This document shows, piece after piece, positions 29,858 to 42,278 of a stretch of 64,000 nucleotides of DNA. Each line of letters starts with the position of its first letter. The first letter of the stretch is position 1. The notes beneath the pieces are model-generated. The model did no database searches. It had not been told where the DNA came from and saw nothing but the letters and a program-made list of their open reading frames with translations. The DNA is taken from NCBI GenBank assembly GCA_963811165.1, contig CAWEQH010000008.1, forward strand, positions 480,001 through 544,000, written 5' to 3'. The translations under genes were made by a program, and so were the position numbers. The stretch comes from an uncultured Nitrospiraceae bacterium (GTDB lineage: Bacteria > Nitrospirota > Thermodesulfovibrionia > Thermodesulfovibrionales > UBA6898).

Positions 29858-32800
29858 ATTCCCCCCGGTCCGGAAGCAATGTCACGCGTCTGGGCAATCG
29901 CATATTTTTTCTCCTTTTTTCCAGCCAAAGCCTGAACCTGTCAAGGTAAAGGTATACCACCGGGGTCGTGTAGAGAGTGAGCATCTGGCTGAAGATCAGG
30001 CCCCCCACAATAGCAATACCGAGCGGACGCCGAAGCTCTCCCCCTACGCCAAATCCTATAGCAAGAGGCACAGCCCCAAGCAGGGCCGACATAGTCGTCA
30101 TCATGATCGGCCGAAATCTCAACAGGCAGGCCTGATAGATCGCGTCAACAGAACTTTTACCTTCCCTGCGTTCGGCATCAAGCGCGAAGTCGACCATCAG
30201 GATGCCGTTCTTTTTCACGATGCCGATGAGGAGAATAATTCCGATCATCGCGATAACGCTCAGCTCCGTGCGCGTAATCAAAAGCGCGAGGATCGCGCCG
30301 ACGCCGGCCGACGGCAGCGTTGACAATATAGTAACAGGATGAATGTAGCTTTCATATAATACGCCAAGAACGATATAGACCGAGAGCAGAGCCGCCAGAA
30401 TCAACAGTGGTTCACTTGCCAGAGAAGATTGAAACACCTGGGCCGTGCCTGAGAAACTGCCCCTGATACCTGAGGGCAGACCCATCTGCCGGGTGGCCGT
30501 TGCGATCTTATTCACCGCATCACCCAGCGCCGCTCCCGGCGCCAGATTGAACGACAAGGTCACCGATGGGAACTGTCCCTGATGGCTGACCGCAAGTGCG
30601 GTGGCAGTCGGCTCATAACGGGTAAATGCGCTCAACGGGACCAGCGTTCCGCTTGAAGAATGTACGTAAATATCCCGCAGAGATTCGGGACGCTGCAGGA
30701 ACCGGGGCTCTACCTCCATGACCACATGGTACTGGTTTAACAATGTGTACATGATCGAGACCTGCCGCTGACCAAAGGCGCTGTAGAGGTTATCGTCTAT
30801 CATCTGGGAGGTTATGCCAAGCCGTGACGCAGTAGCTCCTGTCGACAACTACCGTCGATTGCATCCCCTTGTCCTGTTGATCGCTGTTGACATCGACTAC
30901 CCCCGGCACCTTGCGCAATTGCTGCTCCACCTGCGGCGCCCACGTCATCAACTCTTTCAGGTGGTCTCCCTGAAGCGTAAACTGATATTGTGCGGCGCTT
31001 ATCCTGCCCCCAACGCGCACATCCTGCACAGCCTGCAAAAAGGCCGGAGCGCCCGGGACACTTACGAGCTTCTTGCGAAGTCGCGCGATCACCTGGTCCG
31101 CGCTGAGCTTCCGTTCTTCCAGCGGCTTGAGCGCGATAAACATCCTGGCCGTGTTCCTTGTTGCGCCTCCTGCCTCCGCCGGTAAATGCGATCACGTTAT
31201 CCACCGCAGGATCGTCCTTGATAATGTCCACAATAGCGACCAGTTTTCCCTTCATCGCCTGAAACGATATGTCCTGAGCGGCCTGAATTGACCCTGTCAG
31301 ACGGCCGGTGTCCTGCTGGGGGAAAAATCCCTTCGGCACAACAATAAACAGAACAATGCTGGTCACAAGGGTTATCAATGTCAGTGTAAGCATGAATCGG
31401 GGATGGCGCAGTGCCCATGACAGAGTTTTTTCATAACGGCTGTGCATCCAGTCGAAAAACAGCCCGCTTGCCTTATACAGCCTGCCGTGGGAACTGGCTG
31501 TCTCCGGCTTCAGGAAGCAACGCGCACATCATGGGAGTTGTGGTGAGGGATACCACGAGCGAAACCAGGATTGCGGCTGAAAGCGTTACCGCAAACTCCC
31601 GAAACAGTCGTCCCAGCATCCCGCCCATTAACAATATGGGAATGAACACCGCTACGAGCGAAATGCTGATTGAGAGCACTGTGAAGCCGATCTCCCGTGC
31701 GCCCAGGAAGGCGGCCTGCCGGGCCGGGACCCCGTTTTCGAGGTGCCGGGTGATATTTTCAAGGACAACAATGGCGTCATCGACTACAAAGCCCGTTGCA
31801 ATGGTCAGCGCCATAAGAGACAGATTATCAAGGCTGTAACCAAATAGGTACATGATCCCAAAGGTGCTGATAAGCGATACCGGGACTGCAACAGCAGGGA
31901 TAAGCGTGGCCCGTATATTTCTGAGAAAGGCAAAGACCACCATAATCACGAGTATACAGGCGACAACGAGAGTAAATTCCACATGTTTCAGCGAGGCACG
32001 GATAGTTGTGGTCCGGTCCATGACGACCGAAAGCCTGACAGCGCCGGGGATAGACGCCTCCAACTGAGGGAGCATTGCCCTGATACGGTCTACAGTATCT
32101 ATAATATTTGCGCCGGGCTGCCTGAAGATAATCACAGGCACGGCCGGCTTGCCGTTTACGAATCCCGCATTGCGGATGTCCTCCACCGAGTCCTGCACGT
32201 CGGCAACGTCCGAAAGCCTGACTGCCGCGCCTGATCGGTAGGTGACAATGAGAGGCTTGTATTCTTCGGCTTTATATAGCTGATCGTTAGTCTTGATCTC
32301 CCAGGTCCTGTTCCCGTTTGCCAGTTGCCCCTTGGGTCGGTTCGCATTGGTGCTGTTTAGCGCGGTCCTCACGTCATCGAGGCCGATACCGTACTTGTTC
32401 AGCGCAGTGGGGTTCAGCTCCACGCGAACTGCGGGCAGCGAGCCGCCGCCGACTATCACCTGGCCGACGCCTTCAACCTGTGAAAGCTTCTGCTGCAAAA
32501 TAGTTGAAGCAGCGTCATACATCCGCTCTCTGCTCACCGTATCGGAGGTGAGGGCCACAATGAGGACCGGCGCATCGGCAGGATTGACTTTTCTGTAGGT
32601 CGGATTGCTCGGAAGCGCAGCCGGCAGGTAACTTCGCGCTGCATTGATTGCTGCCTGGACATCGCGGGCAGCGCCATCGATATTGCGGCTGAGATCGAAC
32701 TGCAGGGTGACGGAAGTTGCTCCAAGAGTGCTGTTTGACGTCATCTCGGTCACGCCTGCGATATGGGCAAACTGGCGTTCAAGCGGAGCTGCAACGGATG

Positions 32801-32984
32801 TTGCCATGGTCTCGGGACTGGCTCCCGGCAGCGCCGCCTGCACAGAAATGGTCGGAAAGTCGACCTGGGGCAAAGGAGCAACCGGCAGCAAACGGACGGA
32901 AACGATTCCCGCAAGGACCAATCCTACCGTCAGGAGTGTTGTGGCAACAGGTCTTTTGATGAAGGGCGCCGAGATATTCATCAA
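29685..32984 (-). CDS. mdtC: RND permease MdtC-like (at least three frameshifts; true 3' end probably near 29855)
   Basis: [60 protein letters not shown] across four ORFs. Confidence 0.88.
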
Positions 32985-35900
32985 CTCCTCCTCGGTCCTC
33001 CCTTATCAGGGGGAAGATTGGCTCCTCCCCTGAAAGGGAGGCTCGGAGGGATTTCGTCGCGCTTCCCAATCCTCTGTGCCAGGCGGTCGAACCAAAGGTA
33101 AATAACGGGGGTTGTATAGAGTGTAAGTATCTGGCTGAAGATCAACCCGCCGATGATGGAGATACCCAGCGGCCTGCGCAACTCCGAACCCATCCCCGTA
33201 CCCAGGGCCAGTGGAAGCGCCGCCAGCAGGGCAGACATCGTGGTCATAATGATCGGCCGGAACCTCAACAGACACGCCTGATAGATTGCATCAACCGGGC
33301 TTTTCCCTTCCCTGCGTTCTGCATCGAGGGCAAAGTCGACCATCATAATCCCGTTTTTCTTCACAATGCCTATCAGCAAAATGATGCCGATCAACGCAAT
33401 AACGCTGAATTCCGTGCGGCAGATCAGCAGCGCCAGAAGCGCGCCAACCCCGGCCGACGGCAACGTCGAAAGTATTGTAATAGGATGGATGTAACTTTCA
33501 TACAGCACCCCCAGCACAATGTAGACAGTAATCAGCGCAGCCAGGATCAGAAAAGATTCGTTGGCCAGCGAGGATTGAAACGCCTGGGCCGTGCCCTGAA
33601 AACTGCTGCGGATGCTTGCGGGCAGTCCCATCTTCTCCGTGGCGGAATCGATCTCCTTTATCGCCTTGCCGAGCGACTCCCCGGGAGCCAGATTGAACGA
33701 TATTGTCGTTGCCGGGAACTGCCCCTGATGGCTTATGACAAGCGGTCCGGTAGACTCTTCCGTACTTGTGATAGCGCCCAGCGGTACCTGTCCTCCGCCT
33801 GAGTTGCGGATATAGATGTCTTTCAGCTTGCCGGGGTTTTGCATGAATTCAGGCTTTACCTCCAAGATGACACGGTACTGGTTCAACTGCGTAAACATGG
33901 TAGAAACCTGTCGCTGCCCGAAGGCGTCGTAAAGGGTGTCATCGATGAGCTGCGGGGTGATCCCTAAGCGTGAGGACGTGGTCCGGTCTATGTTCAGTGA
34001 AGCACGCAGGCCCTGGTCCTGTTGGTCGCTGCTCACATCGCGAAGCTCCGGGAGTCCGGCCAGCGCATCGACGACCCTGGGGGTCCAGCTATTGAGTTCG
34101 TCCAAGTCGGGGTCTTCGAGGCTATACTGGTACTGTGTCTTGCTCACCCTGCTTTCAACGGTAAGGTCCTGCACCGGCTGCATGTAAAGCCTGATCCCTC
34201 TGAGTTTCGCAAGTTCCGGCTGCATCCTGCGTATAATATCGCTGGCGCTCATTTTTCGTTCTTCCATCGGCTTGAGGTTGATGAGCACGCGTCCGGTGTT
34301 GAGGGTCGTATTCGTCCCGTCCACTCCGATAAACATGGAGAGACTCTTGACCGCCGGGTCCTTAAGTATTACTCTGCTTAGGGCCTGCTGCTGCTCCGCC
34401 ATTGCGGTAAACGAGGTCCATTGGGGGGCCTCGGAAATCCCCAGGATAAAACCCGTGTCCTGAACGGGGAAAAAACCTTTCGGTATCACTATGTAGAGAA
34501 ACACGGTAAGGACCAGAGTCCCCACAGCCACAAAAAGCGTAGCGGTCTGATGCCGAAGCACCCATTTCAGCGACTTCCCATACGACTCGATGGCCTTGTC
34601 AAACAGCCGCTGAGATACCAGGAAAAGCTTTTTTTGCTGGTCTTCAGGCTTATGTTTCAGCAGTCTTGCGCACATCATCGGCGTAAGAGTAAGCGAGACT
34701 ACCGCTGAAATCACAATCGTGACTCCGAGCGTGATTGCAAATTCCCGGAACAACCGTCCCACGACATCGCCCATAAAGAGAAGCGGAATAAGCACCGCTA
34801 CAAGCGAGACCGTCAGGGACATGATGGTAAAGGCTATCTGTTTTGAACCTTTTAGCGCTGCCTCAAGAGGCGTTTCTCCCTGCTCGATGTACCGGGCGAT
34901 ATTTTCGATCATGACAATCGCGTCATCGACCACAAATCCGGTCGCGATCGTCAGCGCCATCAGCGAGAGGTTATTGAGGCTGAACCCCGCAAGATACATT
35001 ATTCCAAAGGTGCCCACAAGGGACAAAGGGACCGCAACGCTGGGAATGGATGTTGCCGCCAGTGTCCTGAGAAACAAAAAGATCACCATCACGACCAGCG
35101 CCACTGCCAGCATAAGCTCAAACTGAACATCTTTGACTGAAGTCCGGATGGTTGTTGTCCGGTCATTTAAAATGGAGACTTTAACGGTAGAAGGCAGCGA
35201 ACCCTGAAGTTGAGGCAGCAGTTTCTTAATACGGTCTACGACTTCTATGACATTGGTGCCGGGCTGCCGCTGTATGTTTACTATGACCGCAGGGGTATCG
35301 TTCATCCATGCCGCCAGTTTCACATTTTCCGCATCGTCAATGACGGTGGCCACATCGGAGAGCAATACCGGCGCGTTATTACGATAGGCAACGACCAAAG
35401 GCCTGTATTCCTTGCTCGAAAGAAGCTGATCGTTCGCGCCTATGATGGAAGACTGCCGGGGACCGTCGAAGCCGCCCTTGGCCTGATTGACGTTTGCGGC
35501 TGAAAGGGCTGTGCGCATGTCTTCGAGTGTAAGGCCATAGGCCGCCAGAACAGTCGGGTTTGCCTGTACTCTGACCGCAGGCCTTTGCCCGCCGCTGATA
35601 CTGACCAGCCCGACTCCTGAAAGCTGGGATATCTTCTGCGCAAGCCTTGTGTCGGCGAGGTCCTCTATTTGGGGCAACGGCAAGGTGTCTGAAGTCAATG
35701 CCAGGGTCAGAATCGGTGCATCCGCGGGGTTCACCTTGCTATAGACGGGAGGATTCGGAAGGTCCCTGGGAAGAAATGTGGTTGCGGCATTGATGGCTGC
35801 CTGCACTTCCTGTTCTGCAACATCGAGGCTCAGGTCGAGACTGAATTGCAGAGTGACCACCGAACTTCCGCCGGAGCTTGTGGATGTCATCTGTCTTAAT

Positions 35901-36127
35901 CCGGGCATCTGCCCGAACTGGCGCTCCAGAGGGGCAGTGATTGATGAGGCGGCGACGTCCGGACTTGCGCCCGGATAAAAAGTCACGACCTGGATCGTAG
36001 GGTAATCCACCTGCGGTAAGGCAGAGACAGGCAACAGTTTGTATGCCACGGCGCCGGCAAGCAAAATGGCCACCATCAAAAGCGTGGTTGCCACCGGTCG
36101 CAATATGAAAATACGAGAAGGATTCAT
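32981..36127 (-). CDS. mdtB: RND permease MdtB-like
   Basis: [32 protein letters not shown]; 1048 aa, intact. Confidence 0.95.
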   Translation of the reverse strand: MNPSRIFILRPVATTLLMVAILLAGAVAYKLLPVSALPQVDYPTIQVVTFYPGASPDVAASSITAPLERQFGQMPGLRQMTSTSSGGSSVVTLQFSLDLSLDVAEQEVQAAINAATTFLPRDLPNPPVYSKVNPADAPILTLALTSDTLPLPQIEDLADTRLAQKISQLSGVGLVSISGGQRPAVRVQANPTVLAAYGLTLEDMRTALSAANVNQAKGGFDGPRQSSIIGANDQLLSSKEYRPLVVAYRNNAPVLLSDVATVIDDAENVKLAAWMNDTPAVIVNIQRQPGTNVIEVVDRIKKLLPQLQGSLPSTVKVSILNDRTTTIRTSVKDVQFELMLAVALVVMVIFLFLRTLAATSIPSVAVPLSLVGTFGIMYLAGFSLNNLSLMALTIATGFVVDDAIVMIENIARYIEQGETPLEAALKGSKQIAFTIMSLTVSLVAVLIPLLFMGDVVGRLFREFAITLGVTIVISAVVSLTLTPMMCARLLKHKPEDQQKKLFLVSQRLFDKAIESYGKSLKWVLRHQTATLFVAVGTLVLTVFLYIVIPKGFFPVQDTGFILGISEAPQWTSFTAMAEQQQALSRVILKDPAVKSLSMFIGVDGTNTTLNTGRVLINLKPMEERKMSASDIIRRMQPELAKLRGIRLYMQPVQDLTVESRVSKTQYQYSLEDPDLDELNSWTPRVVDALAGLPELRDVSSDQQDQGLRASLNIDRTTSSRLGITPQLIDDTLYDAFGQRQVSTMFTQLNQYRVILEVKPEFMQNPGKLKDIYIRNSGGGQVPLGAITSTEESTGPLVISHQGQFPATTISFNLAPGESLGKAIKEIDSATEKMGLPASIRSSFQGTAQAFQSSLANESFLILAALITVYIVLGVLYESYIHPITILSTLPSAGVGALLALLICRTEFSVIALIGIILLIGIVKKNGIMMVDFALDAERREGKSPVDAIYQACLLRFRPIIMTTMSALLAALPLALGTGMGSELRRPLGISIIGGLIFSQILTLYTTPVIYLWFDRLAQRIGKRDEIPPSLPFRGGANLPPDKGGPRRS
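32985..33052. repeat. Inverted doublet of C-rich/G-rich palindromes at the mdtB 3' end
   Basis: CTCCTCCTCGGTCCTCCCTTATCAGGGGGAAG and inverted ATCCCTCCGAGCCTCCCTTTCAGGGGAGGAG. Confidence 0.65.
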
Positions 36128-36141
36128 CTTCCTGTGTTCAA

Positions 36142-37353
36142 CTACTTGGCCTTGCGGGGTTTGTTTTCCGGCTGACCCTGAATTTCGACCTTGCTTCCCT
36201 CCCGCAGTCTGTCTGCGCCTTCCACAACTACCGACTCCCCGGGCGCCAACCCCTCTACGGTGATATCGTCTCCCTCAGAGGGACCCGGACTGACCGGACG
36301 CACCTCCGCGGTCTTGTCGGCCTTCACTACATATACGAACGCCCCCTTTGGGCTTCGCTGTATCGCGGCCTGCGGCACAATAGTGGTTCCATGTTTTGTG
36401 TCCAAAAGAAGCTGGGCGTTTACGAATTGATTAGGGAAAAGTTCATTTTCCTTATTTGGAAACATTGCCCTGAGACGGACGGTGCCGGTTGCAGGATCGA
36501 TCTGGTTGTCGACGGTTGCGAGATATCCCGTGGCCAGTTTCTGCTTTTGCTCCCGGTCATAAGCCTCGACCGGGGGTTGCTTACCCGATTTGAGTTTGGC
36601 GAGCACCTTCGGGAGACTGTCCTCCGGAATAGAAAAAATAACGGTTATGGGCTGAAGCTGTGTGATCACGATGAGCCCGTTTGGATCGCTTGTGTGGACG
36701 ATATTGCCGGGGTCCACAAGGCGTAGCCCCACTCGCCCGCTAAGCGGCGCAGTGATACGGCAGTAGACGAGCTGCAGTCTTGCATTATCGATCTGCCCTT
36801 GGTCCACTTTGATAGCTCCTTCATACTGACGCACCAGAGCCTCCTGCGTATCCAACTGCTGCTTCGGGATAGAATCCTGCTCAGACAATACCTGATAGCG
36901 TTTCAGATCGAGCACCGCGTTTTTCAGGAGTGCCTGGTCGCGGGCCATCTGTCCCTCAGCCTGTGTTAACTGCACTTCGAAAGGGCGTGGATCGATTTCT
37001 GCCAGCAGATCCCCGCTATGAACAATCTGCCCTTCCCGGAAAAGGACCTTCATCAGTTGCCCGTCAACGCGGCTTTTTACGGTGACGGCATTGAGCGGGG
37101 TTACCGAGCCGAGTCCGTTGAGGAATATCCTGATGTCGCCCTTTCTCGCTGCCGCCGTCACAACGGGGACGTTGCGAACGTTTGGTCCTTTCTTGGCTGA
37201 ACGGTCCTGCGCATTAGTGAAGTAAAAGTATATGCCTGCCACAAGGACGAATACCGCAAGCAGCCAGATCCCCCAGCGTTTGCGTGTCCGGGAGGAGAGG
37301 GGCTGTCGGGGCGTGTCGTTAGTCTTTTTGTCACTTGAGAATGTCATAGTCAT
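36142..37353 (-). CDS. mdtA: RND membrane fusion protein MdtA-like
   Basis: TM anchor, [45 protein letters not shown]. Confidence 0.94.
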   Translation of the reverse strand: MTMTFSSDKKTNDTPRQPLSSRTRKRWGIWLLAVFVLVAGIYFYFTNAQDRSAKKGPNVRNVPVVTAAARKGDIRIFLNGLGSVTPLNAVTVKSRVDGQLMKVLFREGQIVHSGDLLAEIDPRPFEVQLTQAEGQMARDQALLKNAVLDLKRYQVLSEQDSIPKQQLDTQEALVRQYEGAIKVDQGQIDNARLQLVYCRITAPLSGRVGLRLVDPGNIVHTSDPNGLIVITQLQPITVIFSIPEDSLPKVLAKLKSGKQPPVEAYDREQKQKLATGYLATVDNQIDPATGTVRLRAMFPNKENELFPNQFVNAQLLLDTKHGTTIVPQAAIQRSPKGAFVYVVKADKTAEVRPVSPGPSEGDDITVEGLAPGESVVVEGADRLREGSKVEIQGQPENKPRKAK

Positions 37354-37637
37354 AGCCTCGCTTGGACCGGGATTGGCAATCTGATATGTTTATAACGCAT
37401 TTTTATTTATTTTTCAATTAATTATTGGAATGCGTGCGCATAAAAGGCTTTTACCGGGCTATCCGCTGAGGTGCCCTCTCCTTATGCCGTCCGGACGATC
37501 TTCCCAACTTAAAGAGAGACGATGATGACGGGCAGAAGGTTACAACGAGTAGAACAAAAAATCATTGAGCGGCCCCGGCGATTCTCTCCTCACTAACGGG
37601 GTGAATTCAAATAACGCTCCTATGTTAAAATGACGGT

Positions 37638-37979
37638 ATGCCGGAAGATAACTCCGAATTGGTCTATTCGACTGAAAGGGCGGTCCCGAGGAAGGAAAAG
37701 CCTGCTGATCGCAATTTTGCGCAAGCCGCCGGTCCCGCAAAATCCAGAACGATCGTGCGCTTAGACAGAAAGGGCAGGGGCGGCAAATCGGTCACCATAA
37801 TAGAGGGTCTTCTGATGTCGGGTAAAGAAAGCGAAAAACTCCTAAAACAATTAAAGTCAAAACTAGGTACCGGCGGGACCGTTAAGAACGGCTCGATCGA
37901 AATCCAGGGAGACCATTGCGATACCGTCATGGCCGAGTTAACCAAGATGGGCTGCAAGCCGAAGCGTTCGGGCAGATAA
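37638..37979 (+). CDS. yciH: SUI1/YciH family translation factor
   Basis: LVYST, RKGRGGKSVT, LGTGGTVK, IEIQGDH. Confidence 0.92.
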   Translation: MPEDNSELVYSTERAVPRKEKPADRNFAQAAGPAKSRTIVRLDRKGRGGKSVTIIEGLLMSGKESEKLLKQLKSKLGTGGTVKNGSIEIQGDHCDTVMAELTKMGCKPKRSGR

Positions 37980-38032
37980 AAAATAAATAAATCTGCCGGG
38001 CAGAATGTGTTTCTCTGCCGTTTACATAAAGA

Positions 38033-40957
38033 TTAGGGGGAAGTATTTGACGTTTTGTCCAGTTCGGTCCGGACGGCAACTCCTATTTTTTCCATGGTGT
38101 AGGGCTTCTGGATATAGACGCCGGCGCCTAGCCTTTGCAGCTCTTTCACCCGGTCGGACTCTGAATATCCACTGGCAATGATCGTCTTCTGGCCGGGGTA
38201 GAGGGAGACGATAGCCTGATAGGTATCGAGACCGTCCATACCGTTTGGCATGATCATATCGAGCACAACCAGATCGACGGGATTGTCTCGGATGAGTGCC
38301 AGGGCTGCCTCCCCGCTTGTGGCCGAGAATACCGTGTACCCCAGTTTGCTGAGCATGTTGACCGCAATTTCCCGCTGCTCCTGGATATCGTCAACCACCA
38401 GGATCTTTTCGTTGCCAAGATAGTCTTGCAGGACAATTCTGCGATCTTTCTCCGCAATGGCCTCACGGGTGGCCGGCAGATAGATATCTATCCTTGTCCC
38501 CTCGCCTTCCGTGCTTTGCAGATCGATATAACCGCCCTGATCCTTGACCGTGGCCCAGATAACCGTCATTCCCAGCCCTGAACCGCTGCCTCCCATCTTC
38601 TTCTTCGTGTAAAACGGTTCGAATATCCGTTGAAGATCTTCCGCTGAGATACCAATGCCGTTGTCTTCCACTCTCAAGCAGACATACTCACCTTCGGGGA
38701 TCTCCTCGTAAGCCAGTCTGGATGTGTCCAGATAGCTGTTGGCACTGGAGATGACAACGCGTCCACCAGCCGGCAAGGCCTCGACAGCGTTGGTGACGAG
38801 ATTCATCAGTCCCTTGGACAAATGAAGAGGGGACCCTTTCACATTCAGGAGATCCGGACTAAGGAGGGAACCAAATTCTATCTGCGGGTGCTTCTCCTTC
38901 AGCCCGGCGAACTCCGGCGATTCCAGATACTCCTGGATAATCCGGTTGGGGCAGAAGATCTCCCGGTTGGCCACACCTCTTCTGGCAAGGGTCAACATGT
39001 CCTGAACAATGGCGGCCGCTCGCTGGCCAGATTGTTTGATAGCCTCTATTTGTGTTCTCAAGGGGCTGTCTTCAGGGATCTCCAGTAAAAGAAGATCCGG
39101 GTAACCGACCAGACCGCTGAGGATATTGTTCAAATCATGGGCGACTCCAGCGGCAAGGCTACCCACCGCTTCCATCTTCTGTGCCTGCAGAAGTCGCTCT
39201 TCCAGTTTCTTCTGTTCCGTAATATCCCTGATGATTCCCTGGGTGCCGATAAAGGTCTTGCGGGAAGGATCATGCTGGTAAAGCCCCTGGGCGGAAACGC
39301 TGAAATAACGTTGTTCCTCGGCCGATCCTATGGATTGTTCCTTGTTCAAAAGCAGGCGAAGTTGGAGATCATGGGTCGCCCTTCCTCCGGTACGCCGTTC
39401 ATTGACTCTGTGGGTTGCCTTCTGCCGGTCTTCAGGGAGGACAAGGTCAAAAATCGGCCGCCCAAGCAGTTCATCTGCATCGCGTTTGTATTGAGTGATT
39501 GCCGGGCTGACAAAAGAGACATTGCCGGATGGATCGAGGCGGAAGATAATGTCCGGGATCGACTGGATGATTGAATTCAGTTCGGTTTCGCTGCGTTTTA
39601 AGAGCATCAGGGCATTACCGGCTGTCTTTTCAGCGTGACTCTGGCCCTCTCTTGTCTTGACTATGGTCAACACCGCGTATGTTACGAAAATGATCAGGGT
39701 GGGCAGGAGCGGCGACAGAATATAACCGGTAGCTTGAAAGATCATCCTTGCTATCAGCCAAAGCGAGACGATGGCTGTTCCACCGGCTATGGCGCTTGAG
39801 ATCACCCCGGTTCTGGTGATCAGAAGACTGAAAAGCAAGGCCAGCAGCAGAGAAAAGCCCACTTCCCAGAAGAGGGACCTCTGATCGCGCTGCCAAAATT
39901 TTCCAGTCAGAAGGGCCTCCAGCATGCGGGCATGAATGCCGACGTGTGAAAAAACAGGGTTGCCAGGTGTCTGATAGGTTTGGTCCAAACCTGATGCCGA
40001 CGAGCCGACCAGGACGATTTTACCAGCAATGGCAAGTTTGGGAACCTGACCCTCAAGAATATCTGCTGCGGAAAACCGCGGGATTTGCCCGGTGCTTGCC
40101 CTGAAATCTATGAGGACGTTTCCCCGACGGTCGATGGGAATGCTTCTGTCGCCGACCAGAACAACCCTGGAACCGGTCCCGGTTGTTTGCAGTTGAATGG
40201 CGGAGGTTGCCTTGAACCGCATAAAGGCGGCAAGGGACAGTGAGGGGAACAACTCACCCTTATATCTGATAAGGAGAGGTAAGCGCCGCAAGACCCCATC
40301 CCGGTCGGGGGCTGCATTTAAAAAACCACTGAAGGAAACGGCCTTGGCAAAAGGTTCGAGATTACTGACAACGTCTGAGGCTTCAAAAAACTCTCCAGCT
40401 GCTGGTAACCCTTTTTGCTGCACCAGGACGACTTTTACCGGGTGCAGTTGGCTGTCCCGCTTTTCTTCGCCACTCTTTTTGAAAAGGAACTCGTATCCGA
40501 GGACGAAAGGGCCTTGGGTCAGTGTCTTTGCCAGATAGTCGTCATAATCCTTGTAGTGGGCAGGCAGCTTGTTTATTTCACCCTTGTACCCCAGGTAACG
40601 CTCTGACTCCTCCTGCAATTTCATCGGTGAGGTTCGGTCAGGCTCGGCAAGAATCATGTCAAGGGCAATGCTTCTGGCTCCCAGTTCACTGACCTTTTGC
40701 AGAAGATGAGCGAAACGATAGCGCGGCCATGGCCATTGCCCGAATCTGGCAAGGCTCTTATCATCCAGGTCAATGATGATAACAGTCCCGGAGGGCGGCC
40801 TTTGGCCTGAGCCTTGAGTGATAAGATCGGTTACCCGGTTATTCAGCGAGGTGAACGAGGGGACGACTAGAAAGAGTGCAGCCAACAAAAAACTGATGAG
40901 CAAACCTGTTGCAACGATTTTCGGGGCAGTCCTGTTTATGATATTCCGTGTCGGCAT
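38033..40957 (-). CDS. CHASE2-PAS hybrid sensor histidine kinase/receiver
   Basis: CHASE2 (IDLDDKSL..GQWPWPR, DRDGVLRR), 3 TMs, PAS, H-box AHDLNN, GSGLG, receiver LDMIMP. Confidence 0.92.
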   Translation of the reverse strand: MPTRNIINRTAPKIVATGLLISFLLAALFLVVPSFTSLNNRVTDLITQGSGQRPPSGTVIIIDLDDKSLARFGQWPWPRYRFAHLLQKVSELGARSIALDMILAEPDRTSPMKLQEESERYLGYKGEINKLPAHYKDYDDYLAKTLTQGPFVLGYEFLFKKSGEEKRDSQLHPVKVVLVQQKGLPAAGEFFEASDVVSNLEPFAKAVSFSGFLNAAPDRDGVLRRLPLLIRYKGELFPSLSLAAFMRFKATSAIQLQTTGTGSRVVLVGDRSIPIDRRGNVLIDFRASTGQIPRFSAADILEGQVPKLAIAGKIVLVGSSASGLDQTYQTPGNPVFSHVGIHARMLEALLTGKFWQRDQRSLFWEVGFSLLLALLFSLLITRTGVISSAIAGGTAIVSLWLIARMIFQATGYILSPLLPTLIIFVTYAVLTIVKTREGQSHAEKTAGNALMLLKRSETELNSIIQSIPDIIFRLDPSGNVSFVSPAITQYKRDADELLGRPIFDLVLPEDRQKATHRVNERRTGGRATHDLQLRLLLNKEQSIGSAEEQRYFSVSAQGLYQHDPSRKTFIGTQGIIRDITEQKKLEERLLQAQKMEAVGSLAAGVAHDLNNILSGLVGYPDLLLLEIPEDSPLRTQIEAIKQSGQRAAAIVQDMLTLARRGVANREIFCPNRIIQEYLESPEFAGLKEKHPQIEFGSLLSPDLLNVKGSPLHLSKGLMNLVTNAVEALPAGGRVVISSANSYLDTSRLAYEEIPEGEYVCLRVEDNGIGISAEDLQRIFEPFYTKKKMGGSGSGLGMTVIWATVKDQGGYIDLQSTEGEGTRIDIYLPATREAIAEKDRRIVLQDYLGNEKILVVDDIQEQREIAVNMLSKLGYTVFSATSGEAALALIRDNPVDLVVLDMIMPNGMDGLDTYQAIVSLYPGQKTIIASGYSESDRVKELQRLGAGVYIQKPYTMEKIGVAVRTELDKTSNTSP

Positions 40958-40980
40958 GGATGGAATTTCGGAGGAAATGC

Positions 40981-41598
40981 CTACCTGATAATGACCTCGA
41001 CCCGGCGGTTTCTTGGTTCGCTGACATTATCTCCAGTTGGAATGAGCGGATTTCTTTTTCCATGAGAGGAGATCCTGATGTGCCCCTGCTCCACCCCATG
41101 GGCGACAAGATAGGCGGCAACCGCCTCTGCCCGTTCCTGGGAGAGTTTGTAGTTGTGTTCATCGCTGCCGGTGGTGTCGGTGTGGCCGATAACACTAATA
41201 TCAACAGAGTTCCGTTCTTCAATGGTTTTGAAAATGGCGGGCATGCTTTCGAGGGACTCCGGTCGTAATTCCTTGGAATCGCTGATGAAATAAAGGATGA
41301 AATGCACTGGTGGTTTCGGCTGAGCCGCAAGCGCCCGGGAAAAAACTGCGTCAATCTCCTCTTTTGTCATAGGTTCCGGCGCCTTGGGCGCCGACTGCCG
41401 TCCGGAGATGGTTGTGGCCTGATTGGCGGTGTTAATGTCAACAGTACCGGCGTCATTTGAGACGATTACCGCACCTGTTTTGCCATCGAGGTCGGGCACC
41501 AGGACAACCATGGTCCTGCTGCAACCGGAGATCAGTATCATTGCCAACAGGAGGAAAAGAAACTCGACGGAGTAAGCAAAAGAGGAGCAGCGACCCAT
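40981..41598 (-). CDS. OmpA-family peptidoglycan-binding lipoprotein
   Basis: Lipobox ISGC; GHTDTTG..NYKLSQERA..NRRVEV. Confidence 0.9.
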   Translation of the reverse strand: MGRCSSFAYSVEFLFLLLAMILISGCSRTMVVLVPDLDGKTGAVIVSNDAGTVDINTANQATTISGRQSAPKAPEPMTKEEIDAVFSRALAAQPKPPVHFILYFISDSKELRPESLESMPAIFKTIEERNSVDISVIGHTDTTGSDEHNYKLSQERAEAVAAYLVAHGVEQGHIRISSHGKRNPLIPTGDNVSEPRNRRVEVIIR

Positions 41599-41603
41599 AG
41601 CAC

Positions 41604-42056
41604 CTAGTTCCCCTCAACCTTAACCAGGACATGGGTGCCCCGAATTCCGATCGTGGCGTCCGGGGTTTCCAGACGAACAGCACCTGGGACTAACTTGGAA
41701 ATCTGCCCTGAAAGATAGGAAAAAGTTCCCTGAAGCATTCTGACCACAAAGGATAATTTTTTCTCGGAGGGATTGAAAAGAAAATCTTCGACCACAAATT
41801 CACTGTTTGGCCCCATCGAGACAAGCGTATCATCATCAAAGATCAGGCCAATGCTGCCGCTTGGTCCGGTTTTGACCACATCGCCATTCATGATCTTCAT
41901 ATTGGTCTTAGCTGCTATCGACGTTTTGTTGCGAAGGATATGTGCATCCATTGAGACCGAGCGGACGATGCCGACTGAGGCCGGTGCAGCTTGGGAGCCT
42001 AATGTGCTCCCAAGCATGATGAAAAAGAAAAAGAAGATGGAGGTGATTTTTTTCAT
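41604..42056 (-). CDS. Secreted FecR-domain protein
   Basis: Signal peptide; GDVVKTG, F.DDT..MGPNS, TPDATIGIRGT. Confidence 0.85.
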   Translation of the reverse strand: MKKITSIFFFFFIMLGSTLGSQAAPASVGIVRSVSMDAHILRNKTSIAAKTNMKIMNGDVVKTGPSGSIGLIFDDDTLVSMGPNSEFVVEDFLFNPSEKKLSFVVRMLQGTFSYLSGQISKLVPGAVRLETPDATIGIRGTHVLVKVEGN

Positions 42057-42278
42057 GCGGTCCTCCTCGTTGCCGGCAGAATTGCGACAGCCCTTATGGG
42101 TACTGGTACAACCAGAACTTTCCGAGAAAAGGCTTCGCGCGGTGATGCATAATAATAATCCTGCAAAGCAGCATATCTGGTAATCATAGTATCAGTTAAA
42201 AAGTATCTCGGGGCCGGGACAAAGTCAAGAGAGAAACTTTTTGCGGTGTACTGTGGAAAAGTCCGTTTCGGTTCCCGA

